DNA of 43,819 nt, taken from assembly GCF_001194135.2 (NCBI RefSeq), contig NC_068998.1, forward strand, positions 25,451,507-25,495,325, written 5' to 3'. Each line of letters opens with the position of its first letter. The first letter of the stretch is position 1. The translations under genes and the position numbers were made by a program. The stretch is from Octopus bimaculoides (Eukaryota). Below are positions 10,388 through 22,029 of the stretch, in pieces. Under the pieces are notes generated by a model, which was given only the letters and a program-made list of their open reading frames with translations, was not told the DNA's origin and searched no databases.

Positions 10388-12654
10388 TATATATNNNNNN
10401 NNNNNNNNNNNNNNNNNNNNNNNNNNNNNNNNNNNNNNNNNNNNNNNNNNNNNNNNNNNNNNNNNNNNNNNNNNNNNNNNNNNNNNNNNNNNNNNNNNNN
10501 NNNNNNNNNNNNNNNNATATATACATACATATATATATAGCATCCGGAGAGAGTTTAGAAATTTCCCGTCAGGTATATATATTCATTTGATAAGCATTAT
10601 TTTGCTAAAACTTGAGACGTAATTCTCGGGGCCCACTTGTAAGTTCTTATTAAAACGTTTATTCCTGTGCTTTTTACGTTTGTGCAACATTTGCATCTAC
10701 TTGTGCCGTTTATATTGCCCTGAAATACGTTTCCTTTGGTGTCATATTACGTGTTACATTTTTCCTTTCTTAAGAGTATCATATATCGTGATGTCTTTGC
10801 TTTTCTTTTTAGTATTTAAATACGTTTCAAATAGAGTCGCTTTGGACTAATATTTACATTTAAATTTTCCGCCCTACCGATTGTTTTGACTTATATTCCA
10901 TATTCATTCGAGTCATCATCAGACGTTTGCTTCAGTGCGCAGCAGCTTGTCCCAAGATAATTTGTTGGTTTAAGTGTAAAGGTGCTTTGCATATAAAGCG
11001 TAGAGTTATACCCGGCATCTAAAGTATTCTTATTCTAGAGTTGTCTTTAGGTGTGATAAGGTGGCAAAAATTATTTATAAGCGCTAATATGAGATTTTCA
11101 TGGATTATAATTCTCTTTAAAATGTAACCTTATTAAACATAATCTTTCCAAAGATACAATCTTGAGAGCGTAGCGAATATTATTGTTTACAAATGTCACT
11201 TCACAGATAGGGCTGTGCACCTTTCGTTGAGATGTGCGAGACCTATCCTGTTTATTACAGCTCTGCTATGAAGAAGAAATAGCTTCTATAATGTTATTGA
11301 CCGAATGTCTTCGAGTATGCAAATACAAAACTGTGAGAAGTGATGTTCTATAATATATCAGTTGTATATATCAAAACAATAAGAGAAACATTATATGTAA
11401 AATGTACTCACTATTTGAATCGTAAAACATACTGTGATGAGAGATATGTAATTAAACTGTCATTGTTCAGAGGTTTACGTTGCCACGTATCTATACCAAG
11501 TAAGCAGTCTACATTTTAAATGATATGTATATGTGACTGACTGAATCTTTTAAAACTGAGATAAAACAGAGTAGAAGAAATGCGGAATGCATTTGATTTT
11601 AGAGTGATTATTAAAAATGTATGCGGAAAAAAACTTGGTGAAGTAATATAATAACAAGTGGGTAAATGAATTGAAAAGAAAATGAAATGGTGGCAAAAGA
11701 GATGCTCGCAGCTAAAAAAATATGAAACATTATAAAATATCAGAATGTTAGTCGGTTCTTAAAGAAATAAAATAAAATGGAATAAAATACACTGATTAAA
11801 ATAAAATGAACGAATTCAATAACCAAATTCAGTTTGAAGATAAATACAGCTGAGGGTGTGTTTTAGTATAAATGAAGGCCGTTTTAGATTCTGATCAATA
11901 TTTAAAATGAAAACTGATAAACAAATATTTTGAAGTTAAAGAGTGAGTAGGCTGACAATGAATGCATAATGTCCATGCAAAATACATAAAGGCGTTGGGA
12001 ACATACAAATTGAAAAACATTGTATGATACAAACTTCTTGGAATAATAGAACAGCTCGAGAAAAGTTTGAAAAACAGATTTGTTCTTGAAAATCCCTTAA
12101 ATCGGAATATTTCAGAACTTTCGGAGAAGTCAAAATAATTTCACAGCTAATAAAACATCTGTTACATTTGAGAAGTTTACAGTTACAGTTAGAGCAACGG
12201 AGAATATATGTAGTCTTACATTACTGTATTAAGAAATAAGTAGTTAGAGGTAATTTCATACACACTTAGATCGTAGAAAACAATGGAAATTAGAATAAAA
12301 CAGTCGAAAATAAAGCGAGCAGGAACTAGTTGTATTATAACAAAATTTATATAACACATTGAATTTTCTCAAAAATGAATTTTATGCGATGATACGGAGA
12401 TAAAATCCGATATTGCTAGGTATAAATAATTTAGACACCTACAGAGCTCCGTTGTAGTGGAACTGTGTCGCTGTCCAGTTTGTAGCATTGTAAAGAAAAC
12501 TTTCACAGGTCATGAAATAGAATTAAATGCAAGAAGAATATATCAGTATTGCTTGGTATTAAATACATTTTTCCAGGAAATAATTGCTTCAGTCTCAACA
12601 CACGTGCTCAGTCTCACTCACTAGTAAAATACAACTCAATATATTGAAATTGAC

Positions 12655-12686
<32 letters not shown>

Positions 12687-12946
12687 AGAAGTAAATGTGT
12701 GTGTGTGTGTGTGTGCATAGTTGGAATTTACAGGAAAGCAAACAGGTGTATTAGGTTAACGCTCGGAAAGGTGAGAAATTATTTTGTGCTTCTAGCCTAC
12801 GCTCTTCAACAGAAAGGAACACAAGGAAATAAACAGAGAGAATTAACAAAAGCTTTAGAGGCTAGCGGTACATCACGGCGTCTTGCTGGACATAGGTAGT
12901 TAGACTGAAGAGCTAGGAAGATGGGGAGATAATAAAATATTTGTGA

Positions 12947-13126
12947 TACCGATTACATTGGGTTTATTTTCAAATGTCTCAGCTCTGGCACGCTAAATTC
13001 CGGAAACAGTTCTGCAACAGTTATGAAGACAATTGCAGAACTATACACGAATTTTCTTCATAACTATTTCCGGAATTTAGTGTGCCAGAGCTGAGGCATT
13101 TGAAAATATCCCCAATGTAATCGGTA
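12947..13126. repeat. Long inverted repeat / fold-back hairpin
   Basis: 12947-13011 matches the reverse complement of 13062-13126 with 5 mismatches in 65 nt. There are extra nested pairings inside. Confidence 0.93.
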
Positions 13127-13197
13127 GAACTGTATGCACGTCAAATTTCATGAAGACAATTTGTGTATAGTTCTGCATATTATATTGAATTTAGAAC

Positions 13198-13266
13198 GAT
13201 TGTGCTGACGAACCACGGAGGTTTTTATGTAAGTAAAAAAGTTGATGGCGAAACCGGTATACGATT
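13198..13266 (+). ncRNA. Candidate minimal type I hammerhead ribozyme
   Basis: GATTGTG-CTGACGA-ACCA...TGGC-GAAA-CCGG-TA-TACGATT. The CUGANGA and GAAA cores are intact, the stem III loop is palindromic (CCGG), and stem I has 7 bp with 3 G-U pairs. Stem II has an A-C mismatch at its base. Confidence 0.6.
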
Positions 13267-13470
13267 AATTCTTTATTTTGTATAGTTTTCATTTGTTTGC
13301 CCGCTTATGTTTTGGTGTTTGCTGAATTTTTTTTCTGGAGAACATCATNNNNNNNNNNNNNNNNNNNNNNNNNNNNNNNNNNNNNNNNNNNNNNNNNNNN
13401 NNNNNNNNNNNNNNNNNNNNNNNNNNNNNNNNNNNNNNNNNNNNNNNNNNNNNNNNNNNNNNNNNNNNNN

Positions 13471-13503
<33 letters not shown>

Positions 13504-13530
13504 AGAGAGGAACACATCAGTGTCTATGGG

Positions 13531-13650
13531 AAGAATATATATTGTAAACAGACGAACATCACCACGGCAGCAGCTGGTGATGCTACTAGATATGCTTTCT
13601 TGCAACGATCAGCGGCGTTGTCAGTGGCATGTACTCCTAGCCAACCCGAT
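13531..13650 (-). repeat. Left arm of ~120-bp inverted repeat (mariner-like end)
   Basis: Reverse complement of 14304-14420, roughly 90% identical by eye. Confidence 0.88.
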
Positions 13651-13699
13651 GTCATACATACATATATACATACATACTTACATACATACATAAAACATA

Positions 13700-13930
13700 T
13701 AATCGAGATAGTATAAAAAGGTTCCCGGGCTTGTTGTGTTTAATAAAACATGACTTATTTACCAAAACATCATCTCCTTGAAATAACCATCTTGGGCAGC
13801 AATACGCTGATCCCACAATTCCTGCCTCTTTTAGAATCCCGCCTGGAAGTTGTTTTCCGTAAGCGAGTCGCGGATATTCTGTGATTCGCTCTGGATCTCG
13901 ATAACGGTTTTGTGGCATTTTCATCTTCGA
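13700..13930 (-). mobile_element. 3' fragment of mariner transposon (irritans-like) with TIR remnant
   Basis: Minus translation VIEIQSESQNIRDSLTENNFQAGF*KRQELWDQRIAAQDGYFKGD resembles a mariner C-terminus. A TIR-like AAAAAGGTTCCCGG lies at about 13714-13727. Confidence 0.7.
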
Positions 13931-13955
13931 GAAGAGATATATATATATACATATA

Positions 13956-14147
13956 TACGAGTAAGGAATGAAAAGTTCATGGCTTTGGGCAAAAAATGTA
14001 TAGCAGGATCAATTAATTAATATTCCCTTCTTATTGCAACGGTACTTCTGTTTTTCTAAGCTATAAAAAAGAACTTGGAAATTCGAGCCTCTAGCTAGGT
14101 CTTTCGTGATACCCTTAAGGGCCGGAACTTTTCAGTCTCCGCTCGTA
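13956..14147. mobile_element. Mariner-type MITE (TACGAG...GAAAAGTTC TIRs)
   Basis: Left TACGAGTAAGGAATGAAAAGTTC versus right (reverse complement) TACGAGCGGAGACTGAAAAGTTC, with TA at both ends. It is homologous to 18774-18996. Confidence 0.85.
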
Positions 14148-14155
14148 TCTGTACA

Positions 14156-14156
14156 G

Positions 14157-14251
<95 letters not shown>

Positions 14252-14303
14252 CACTCCACACACACACACACGTATAATGTATATATATATATATATATAT
14301 ATA
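14156..14303. repeat. (CA)n and (TA)n microsatellites
   Basis: Visible tandem repeats. Confidence 0.95.
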
Positions 14304-14420
14304 TTAGGTTGGCTAGAAGTACATGCCACTGACAACGCCGATCGTGGCAAGAAAGCATTTGTAGTAGCATCACCAGCTGCTGCCAGGATGATGTTCGTCT
14401 GTTTACAATATATATTCTAA
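14304..14420 (+). repeat. Right arm of ~120-bp inverted repeat (mariner-like end)
   Basis: Begins TTAGGTTGGCTAGAAGT, which resembles a mariner TIR start. It is the inverse of 13531-13650. Confidence 0.88.
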
Positions 14421-15560
14421 ACAATACCTATTATTCAATTCATGCCACCCCAAACCCACAAAAATTAATATACCTTATAACCTACCGAAAAGAATCTGTA
14501 CCATATTTATAGACACCATTACTCGTGAACGAAGACACCTTGAACACAGATCAATACTAATCAAAAGACATTACCCAATATCATTAATAAATGATGGCAT
14601 TAAACAAGATAAGGAAAGAGATATACGAACATTAAGGGAAGTCAACCGAAATACACCAGATTTTAAAATACATCTCCACACATAACCCTAGAAACAACGG
14701 AGCCTTCAACATTATCATCCAAAATCTACCCACCCTCACAGGAGATAAAATAATGAACAAACTTATCAAAAGCCAAATGCAACCTGAATCATTGAAAAAA
14801 TATTAAACAGCGCAAGACTATATCCATTAACAACGGAATCAGAAGTGAAAAAATGTGGTCGACATAACTGTGGTACATGCCCCACATTTTTGGAGGGTTC
14901 AGGTTTCTATTTTAAACAAGGTGAAATATTTAAGACTAAATCAAATTTTACCTGTGCCTCGGATAATCTAATCTATGCCATTACATGCTCAGGGTGTGGT
15001 AATCATTATATTGGCCAAACAGGAATATCATCAGTCGAAGTACCACTCTCCACAAAGAACAAATCCGCCACCCACATTACAGACAGATACAGGTCAGTGA
15101 ACACATATAAAGGTGTGCTACGAATCTTAATCCTAATTTCCTAATTTTCCCCTTATATCAATGTTCACAGAACACCTCAATGCAGCAAACAATGAATAAA
15201 GAGGCAACTTTCATCAATAAATATTTTCCACAACTTAATACAGAACACTACTAACCTTTCAATTAATACCATCTATACATCCCATACACCATTCACATTA
15301 CAGATCTATATCTACCTTAATTGCACCAAATCCAGAAATACTTACCTCCCATACACATAATCTTTTTACTCAGGGCTAGTAGACCCGATACCGTTCGGTA
15401 ATCGTGTGGTTTTGAATCTTTCTAACAATTCACAATAATGACTTTTATTACTTTTATTCCCACCTGAGTTCATCTAATTGTATATATCGATCGTTACTTT
15501 TCATACAAAGCATTTACTTCGTTTGATTTCCAATGTCCATTTTCGTTTATTTTTCTTCTT
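14418..15560 (+). mobile_element. 5'-truncated Penelope-like element (thumb + GIY-YIG + 3' region)
   Basis: SKQYLLFNSCHPKPTKINIPYNL... and VKKCGRHNCGTCP...NLIYAITCSGCGNHYIGQTG (ORF 14845..15144), followed by a hammerhead-like relic at 15368-15400. The 3' boundary is approximate. Confidence 0.88.
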
Positions 15561-18500
15561 ACTTTCCCCTTACATTTCCACGTGTAGTTTCTATTTTATT
15601 TTTGTAACATATTTCTATTATATATACATGTGTGTGTCTGTGGGTGTATATGTACGTATGTATGTATGTACGTATGTATGTATGTATACATGCATACAAA
15701 CGCAACACACATATATACACACACACTTATCAGAAGTTCGATCCCTCTATAGAATTCAATTAGCAACTCTATTCCTCACAAGACTGCTAAATTTGTTGAA
15801 TGTTTGTGACCATCGACACCTCTGCACACTTTGACCTTATCCTCTTACCTTATATCTCACATTCCAACCAACTTCGATTATTCCCTTGAATGCTTCTTCT
15901 TGAAGTCCACCACTTCTCAACAATATCACCTGCTTATAATTCATTCATGTCGGCTGTCTCTGCAGGCACATGCTTCAATTTGAATAACTATTGCAATGCA
16001 TGATCAAATATTTAGCTTGTCTCACTACTCATGTACGCCTTCTACTGCACCCTTGAAATTGATTGTGTCGTTCCCATGAAACTCGGTGACTGCCTTGCCT
16101 ACAATCACCTTCACACCCTTCTGAACCAAGATCCTCTATACTATTCTCCTGTGAAATATTCCACACTTACACTTAATGCCAGTCAGTACATACTTCCGGA
16201 AGCAAACTGACATATCTTTAAGTGCACTTATATCCTAATGCAACCTCTCCTATGGATCTCTTTCCCTTCTTCTCACAAGGACTTGGACCTCTTTCTCACT
16301 TTGAACACAACTTCCACAAACGTTCCTGTTTCAACACACCTATCTTTAGTTTCAGCTTCCACAAACGTTACAATTTCAACTCACCTATCGTCAACTGTTC
16401 TACATCTACTTCCTCATAATTACCCACTTCCTTTGCACTTTTATTGTCTACTGCTTTTTGAATTACCCTTTCTACTAGTCCGTATATAGTGGATAGACAG
16501 GATTCGCTTGTCGAGAAACACGTTTTCTTTAAGATTTTCGCAATACATGTTATTTACATTCATTTAACCATTCAATAAAACATTTACAATCGAACGCCAT
16601 AACTTTAACTCCATTTCCTTAAACTTACAAATGCAATTCATTTCTTACGGACTCGACATGCATATTTTAATTAACATGTAAATTATTATCTCACACACAC
16701 AGTACTCGCACACATCCAAACACATCTATTCCTACAGACATCCAAATATACAAGAAATAATATACAAGCGCATTAAATGCACCATGATTTCTTTCCACAC
16801 ATTCTCCACGACAGAAGCGCATGGACACAATGAGATAAACTGCTTGAGCCTGATAGGTATAAAATGTCATTGTATGTATTGGCTGCATGTATGTACCTTA
16901 TAAATATTTGTTTGAGATTCGAAAGACATACATATGTAGTTATCTAATTTATGCAATAATTATATCCCTATGGAACCTTCTGCGTATCAAACCTCATTTA
17001 TTCCCTATCATTTTCAGTCATTCATCCCTCTAACATTTTCTACGTGATCCAACACTTGCCTCCCACTTTTTAGATGTACATAAACATGACAGTCATGTCA
17101 CACGGTCGCGAATTAATTGTATACACGCACAAATGCACTTTAGATGTATACATACATCGATAGGTACCGAGTTAAATCAACGCACACACAGTTAAAGCTA
17201 TAACACAAGGATATATACACATATTCATATAAACCACTTACCTACGGTTATACACATACACACACAGAGGCAGAAACAGACACACATAAACTTTTAACTA
17301 TGCACTTATTATGACAAATCCACACATACGTTCTTGTCATTACTAACTAACAAGAAAAGAGGATATTCATACGCCTGGGGAGTACGTGTACACTGTACAC
17401 ACGCATATATCCGCTCATGCACACATATGCACATCAGCATACGTATATGTATGTACATATTTGTGAGTTTGCGAGTAGGTATGTAACTTTGTTTGTGTGT
17501 ATATATAAATTTATACGTATAGGCTTACTTACTAAATTGACTAACTTACGCATAGTTACCTCCGTAGACACTTGTCTACTTATCAAACGTCATTCGATCT
17601 CTGTCATTTCCGGTCGTTCAGGCACGACCACTTTAAACAATGTGTTCATAATTATATGTCCGTTGAAGCCGTTTATTCTTTATATTATATCTGTGAGAGG
17701 GGCGCTGGTGGTGGGAGGTTGTATGTATGGCTTCCTACGTTTTCAAAGTACTTTCAAATGTTGACTGTCATAAAACTGATGATCTCGGCTGAGTATTTCA
17801 ACCAAAGTCATTTGTATAACATTCAAATTAAAATATTTGAAATCTTTAATTAAGGAAAGAGAATATTTAATAGAAAGATTGATATACTGATAATTACAAA
17901 CAAAAAACTCACATAATATTTTGTTACAAACCTACTGAAAGTGATAAGGTGCATCAAGTTCCGGAGAGATAGCAAGCGTTTTCTATGGTCCCTAAAAAAC
18001 AAATGAAACGTAGAGCCTCGTTGGTTTTGACTTACGTGTTTGTAATAATAAATACAGACATGAAATCAAGAGCCAACATATAATATTTCATAAGCTAACA
18101 GACTAACGGCAAAGCGGCTGAACATGGAATAGACGTCAACATCATGGCCCTACTCTTCCCTATCTCATTTTTTATGCTTTAGAACGACAAAACTGAGAAA
18201 GGAAAAGTTATTAAAACTATTATGGATTCCACATTGCAGAGAATAAAGAAAGAATGTTTTTAAACATCTCTTATCAGACAAGAGCATTTTTTATCAGACA
18301 CGAAACAGCCTAGTTAGTATTAGTAAGATGCCTTGCTAATGCTAGTGTTGTTTCATCCATTTCGATACCGGTGATTTTTTATTTGTATATTACGTAACCA
18401 CTTTTAAAACCTTAAGAATTTTCTAAAATCTTTATGACCATTAGAAATTTAGTTATCAATATCATATTGCATGCTTGGAAAATCCTAAGGTGGTTCCAAA

Positions 18501-18773
18501 ATTCAACCAAGCATATGAAAGACTTAGAAATATCGCTTAAAATCTCGCCATATATATTCAATGATGTTGAAGAGTGCATTATTACAGGAATATATATCCG
18601 AAGTATCTTGGTATATTTAATTCTGCAGCTCAGTTATTAATCATAATGTTCGTGTATGTACTCACAAAACTACATATAGATGTACATGTAATACACGCAG
18701 CCATACACATATACGGGTCTGTGAGTGCGCGTGTGTGAGTGTGTGTACCTGTGTGTATGTATGTGCCTATGTA

Positions 18774-18996
18774 TAGAGGAGGGGTGCTTAAAAGATCCTC
18801 TCTTTCGGTAAAAGAAACTACAGGAGGATCAGTTAATGATGATTTTATTCAACATATTCTCCTCTCAGATTCAGACAATTGCTGCAGCGTTCCTTCAGTT
18901 TTCCTAAGACCTGTAAAAGAACTCAGAAGTTTAGACGCTAACCAGGCCTTTCGCTACACCATTAAAGCCAGAAACTTTTCAGATATGTCTCTCGCG
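18774..18996. mobile_element. Mariner-type MITE, same family as 13956-14147
   Basis: Degenerate TIRs (GAGGAGGGGTGCTTAAAAGATCC / GAAACTTTTCAGATATGTCTCTCG) and shared internal blocks (AGGATCAnTTAAT; AAAAGAACT; GnCTTTCG). Confidence 0.8.
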
Positions 18997-20705
18997 CGTG
19001 TGTGTGTGTGAGTGTGTGTGTGAGTGTGAGTGTGTGCGCGCGCGCGTGTATTTGTTTATTTGTGTATAAATAAATATCAGGTTAAGTCAATTACGTTCAT
19101 TTGACTTACTATATTACTTATATATTACTCATACACTGAAAATGGAGTTCTGTCAACACCGTCTCTCAGCATGCTAAAATTAGTAGCTGCATTCGCCCCA
19201 ATCGCTCTCCTGAAGAAAGCATATAATTAACACTAAATATCTCAGTGAAGTATATATATCACCGCATAGTGAAACGTGAAAATCATTAAAGAATTATAGT
19301 GACGTATCTCTTACAGTGTATGAAATATGTTGAGAGATTTTAATCAAGGGCCGAAAAGTGAACTTCACATTCTGCGTATACGATTTCAGTATTGTCTGTA
19401 AAGTTGCAGTACACAATGCATCAATTGTCGAGTTGCATCAGAAAACTCTCCAAGTGTCTAGTTATGCATTCACATGGAACAAATATGTAATTCTGTTAAT
19501 AAGCGCAAGGTAATTATATCTTCGTTAATCTAACTGACAGTGAATAAAATCCCACTTGCTCTTGAAGAATTTCTACATGGATCTGAGAGTAAGTTAATCA
19601 ATAGCATGATTTAATTTCATAACCAATTTACCTGATATGTCGGAAATTTCTTAGATACGCTTTGTATCTGCAGAATGTTAGAGAATTCTATAATAGAAGT
19701 GAGCCAAGGAAAAATGAATTGAAAGTTCATAGAAAAGTTCCACTTAGTCAATATCTCTTCTCGTGTACTGCATAATGCCTAAAGCATATCTGTTGCAACT
19801 AATCAATAAATATATAAGGTAAAATATAATGCGTGTGAATTAATCTGATGACTGTATAGTGTGACTTGTGGGTGAATCTTTATGACGTCTCGGACAAGCC
19901 AAAGAGATGAGAGATCGTATCTTCTTAATCTATCATTCAAATAATTACAATGATCTATAGTAGCAAGATATAAATAGTTGGCTAGGCAGCCGTGTTATTC
20001 GTAGCAGAGTTATTGAATAACTTCTGTTTTTTTGACATGTGGTTATTGAATTACGTTATAGCATTCTGCAACAGGGACAAAAGAAGCACGGTGTCTCAGT
20101 GACAATGTCAAGATCACTAAATTCATATATTATTTAGGTAGATAGAAAAGATCCCTTCATACGTAATTTGAGACTGCTTATATATATCCAATTACAATCA
20201 TATTTCACATTTTCTGACATTGTATATAAATAGTTATATGTAGATCATTAATATAACTGCATGTATACAGTAACAAGCTTCTTATGGTATGTATAAACTT
20301 GCAAGGTATACAGATATAACTGATAATAGTAAAACTGGAAATGTAACTTCTGAAGAATTATAAAGAACTAATCGAGAATTATGCCCAAATAGGAATTAGG
20401 AATGCCATGTGTCGAATTAAAAAAGATTTAACATAGTTTGTAATATATCTTAACAATATTCTTGATATTGAATTTCAATGTAAATAGTAAGAAAAAAAGG
20501 CAAATATTTAAAATGATATATATTTACAAAAGATAACCCAATTATCTCCCAAGTCAATCCTTAGGGAATTCAGAATATGAGTAAATGTTTTAATTTTATT
20601 GTCATTTATACATTTATTGAATGTAGAATGTCGGTAAATAATCCTTTTTGCTGAAGGCTAAACATTCTGCCAGCTCACCTCCTTCATGTCGGTAAATAAT
20701 CCTTT

Positions 20706-20912
20706 CTATTACAGGCACAAAGCCTGAAATTTAGTGGGGAGGGGACTAGTGGATTAAATCGATTCAAGTGTTTTACTGGCACTTAATTCGACAACGAAAA
20801 GATGAAAAGCAAAGTCGACCCCGGCGGAATTTGAACTCAGAACATAGCAACGGGCGAAATGCCGCCAAGCATTTTGTCCAGCGTGCTAACGATTCTGCCA
20901 GCCAGCCGCGTT
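20706..20912 (-). mobile_element. tRNA-derived SINE (family A)
   Basis: Minus strand GCTGGCAGAATCGTTAGCACG...TTCTGAGTTCAAATTCCGCC...GTCGACTTTGC contains A/B-box-like motifs. Homologous copies occur at 27530, 33062, 36893 and 39633. Confidence 0.85.
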
Positions 20913-22029
20913 AATGTCGGTAAACAATGAGAATTGTTAGTATGACATTTCTGAAAACGATTAGGGCAAAACGATATGCTGGAGCAATTGTAATAGTAGG
21001 TTGGAATATCTCAATATAGAGTAAAATATGAAATTACTCGGTAATATAATGTGCGGATGGAAGTATTAACATGGGCATCACGTGTGTATCTTCTTACATG
21101 AGTTTCCGAAATATTATTGGCAAATTATCAAACAACTGATCTCTTTGAAAAATCCTTCATATTTTTGTAAATGGATGATAGATGTTCAATTTCATCAAAC
21201 AAGGATATACATACATTAGTAGGTAAATACATCTTTATATATCTATAATAACAAAGCAAATTTTAGTACATGTGTCCGCATGTATTTCTGGCATATAGAA
21301 TGTCTTTTGAATATTAGCTCTCAGAACCAATGGCATATATTAGGACGGCTTCTATTAATATATAATTTTAGCCCACGAGACTCTAGTGCGAATTCACTGT
21401 GCCTTTAAAACTCCTTTAAGCCTGACCACCAGAAAAATTAATACTAAAAATAAAATAGAACAATAGAAATAGAAGTATAGACAACAATCAAGCTAGATGA
21501 CAAGCAATGAGATCAATTAACACTTTTGGAAACCCTTTATCTTCTACATACGCCTCTGTAGTAAATTCCTCTTCATGCTGGTTTCCAATAAGCAGTAATT
21601 TTGTTATTGATCAAATCTTTACTCCTGCACTCAATCCATAGAACATGTTTGGTCATTTGGCTCATGATGTTAAACCAGGAAATGTTTGTGCTTTATATCT
21701 TGATTAAAGCAATGTTTATTTCAAACTGTTTTAAAATTTGACTGAGAATTTAGGAATGGTACAAAATGCAATTATTTTCGTTGAACCGACGTTAGAAAAG
21801 CTTTACATATCGATATCGAGATTAAGACAAGTTGGTAGATCAAGAAACGATATACCGGAAAATAGTCAACACTCTAAATAGTATAAATCGTGGGTTCCAG
21901 CAAAACTTTAAAAAAGTATCAATGAAGGTTTATCATAACATGATGGGGGAAAATTTTAACTGAATATGATATGGTGAATACTTGGGCAGCCAGCAGAAAA
22001 TCATAAAATATCAGTGATGATAAAGTTGT

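Noticed and set aside
10870-10930. Minus-strand CTGATGA-TGACT...AGTC-AAAAC
   Set aside because: The GAAA box is mutated, stem I does not pair, and no PLE sequence is adjacent.
12813-12895. Exon-like unit CAACAG|83 nt (KGTQGNKQRELTKALEASGTSRRLAGH)|GTAGTT
   Set aside because: The donor is weak, the neighbouring putative intron would be only about 42 nt, and the peptide is unrecognised.
15780-16430. Strand-skewed stretch with a 45-bp imperfect tandem (CTTCCACAAACGTT at about 16311 and 16356), possibly an old LINE
   Set aside because: Translation gave only a RLWKLK-like word and no RT or endonuclease motif, so it could not be assigned.
19205-19285. CTGAAGA ... GAAACGTG
   Set aside because: No U-H cleavage site after the loop and no stem I pairing.
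20627-20930. CRISPR-like repeat-spacer pattern
   Set aside because: Only three short copies with very unequal spacers made of SINE sequence, in eukaryotic DNA with no cas genes.
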